From Paraspadella gotoi (Eukaryota; Animalia; Chaetognatha): a stretch of 64,000 nt of DNA. The stretch is from NCBI GenBank assembly GCA_051294375.1, contig CM119265.1:29102540-29166539 (forward strand), written 5' to 3'. The notes beneath the pieces were generated by a model, which was given only the letters and a program-made list of their open reading frames with translations, made no database searches and had not been told where the DNA came from. Positions within the stretch are counted from its first letter, which is position 1. Every line of letters starts with the position of its first letter. Below, one piece after another: positions 62,137 to 64,000 of the stretch. Made by a program: the position numbers and the translations under genes.

Positions 62137-64000
62137 CTCTCTCTCCTCTCTGAGAGCATGTCCACTCTCTCTCTCTCTCTCTCGCTTTCTTTGCCTTGTT
62201 TGCTTGGTGGACTGTTTGCTGAGTTTGAATGGGTGACTCGTTTGCAAAATGTTCTTCCGTGTGATGACGTAATTAATCAATTTAACAAAATGAAAAATTA
62301 GTAAAATGAATAGCATTTAACGTAAGCACACAGGGATTTCGATATGAGAATCTCAAGTGGGAATTTTATTTGTAGAATAACAGCCAAGAAGACCAGGATG
62401 TCAATGTAGTTGGACAGATATACCTCACAAAATCAACGCAAGCATATTTATCAACTCGTCAGTGGATTAGAGAACGTGGGTAAAATCTACAGCGCCATTC
62501 GCTTATTGGCCGATGGAGCCATTTGGCTTCTCGACCCATATCAGAGAGCTTGGATTCATTTTGGTGATTTGCTATCCGTCTTTGAATCCGGTTCCATTTC
62601 CGATTCCCTTTGAGTTCTGTCTTTAATACCTGTATAGTAATGGAGGCATCAAACCGACATGCATATTTTAAATCACAAATAATGAAACTTACGTGTAAAT
62701 TGTAAATCCATGATATGAGAGAGAGACGAGAGAGAGAGAAGAGAGGAGGAGAGAGAGAGAGAGAGAGAACAAGAAAGAGATTTGACTTTAGAACAATTTA
62801 TTTTCGATTATTCCCACAATGAATCCGTTAGCTCTCATTTTGTTCCGCCATTTTTAAATTTATTTTATTTCTCGTTTTTTATTTCCTTTATTTAATCTCG
62901 GACTTATTCTATTTATTTTTTCTTTTCTTTTTTCTTATCTTTTCTTTTTTCTTTCTTCTTTCTTTTTTCTTTTCTCTTTTTCTATATTTTCTTTTTTTCT
63001 TTATTTTCTTCCAAATTCCAATTTTTCAAAACTGAAAAAACAATTCATCGTCGTAATGGTCGTCGTTATGTGTCGTCGATCGTCGTTCCGTCGTTGTCTG
63101 TTCTTCGGGACGTCGTCGTTGTTGTTCTTCGTCGTCGTTTCGTCGTCGTCGTCGTTTGTTGGTCGTCGTTCATCGTCGTCGGTTGTGGCCTTATTGACCG
63201 AGTTTCTCAGCTAATCTAATCTCACAATCAACTGTTTGACCGATATCTAAGACGACGCGACGACAACGACCGACCGACTAGAAGACGGACAAAAGGACGA
63301 CGACAACAAAAAATTATCCAAGACTGAAACAAATTGGAAAAAAGAAAAATCCAACCGAGGCAGGAAGACGATGGTCAACTCTTCAGAGAATCGATTATTT
63401 ATAATTGATCATGAGAAATTAAGTCCAAACCGTACCAGCCTGTTAAAACTGTTACACTGTTACAGGAGGCCACTGAAAATTAGAACCTTGCCAGAAATTT
63501 AAATTTTTTGAAACCAGTTTAGTAGTAGTGTAAAAATGTTCTCACGGCAGGAATATCCTAATTTTTAGTTCAGCATTTTTTTAAAAAGTTTGCAGTATTC
63601 CCGTTTATTTTTTCATGCGGATTATTTGGGTAAAAAAATGCTTGGAGGTACAGGAGCTTAGCGTGCCAAGAGGTCCGATTTGGCGCTAATCGCTGAAGAT
63701 TAGACTTTCTTAATCTCTAGCATTTTGGGCTTGGAAGAGCATCCCACACACCTGACAAGAAATCCAGGACTTGACTGTTGAGAATTGAGAAATCCCTCAA
63801 TATTATTCTCTGAAAGAAGGAATAAGCTCTAACCGAATGTAGCAAACCAGAGATGTTATTTTAATTAAATTAAATTAATAGTTTATATTAAAACGAATGT
63901 ACTTTTTTTTTGAGTGATTGAATGGGTTCGATTTGAAGCAAAAAAGAAAAACACCTGATAAATATCACAAAAAATCTCAATTTAACAAATTTATTCTTTT
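61875..64000 (+). repeat. Third, noisy copy of 55668-57050 with a ~680-bp insert (63041-63725)
   Basis: gatttgga..aaacatttcgattaaaatg at 55668 and 61875. Collinear up to caaaactgaaaa, then resumes at tgggcttggaagag. Confidence 0.85.

Overview
AT-rich, microsatellite-saturated eukaryotic DNA, most likely from an invertebrate animal (animal-type CDS gene, BEL/Pao element), in a low-quality gap-filled assembly. It has seven gaps of exactly 25 N, indel-ridden stretches that look like raw reads, and many adjacent direct or inverted duplicates. Almost all ORFs in the supplied track are translations of simple repeats. Real coding content is: the last exon of an ankyrin-repeat gene (2-130); a multi-exon phosphatidate cytidylyltransferase (CDP-diacylglycerol synthase, CDS1/2-like) gene on the minus strand (20775-26634, one internal part missing); and a full-length BEL/Pao LTR retrotransposon (46099-54802) with LTRs, TSD and a frameshifted gag-pol. 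Other features are a 77-bp tandem array, HINE/foldback-like non-autonomous elements and SINE-like heads. The most interesting observations are: 3'-half tRNA-Leu copies carrying CCA that start right after the anticodon loop, one of them possibly fused to a Penelope-like remnant; tandem minimal hammerhead motifs next to a Helentron-like terminus; duplicated decoy splice acceptors in the CDS gene; and an in-frame insertion in CDS. No new multi-gene system can be supported from this sequence.
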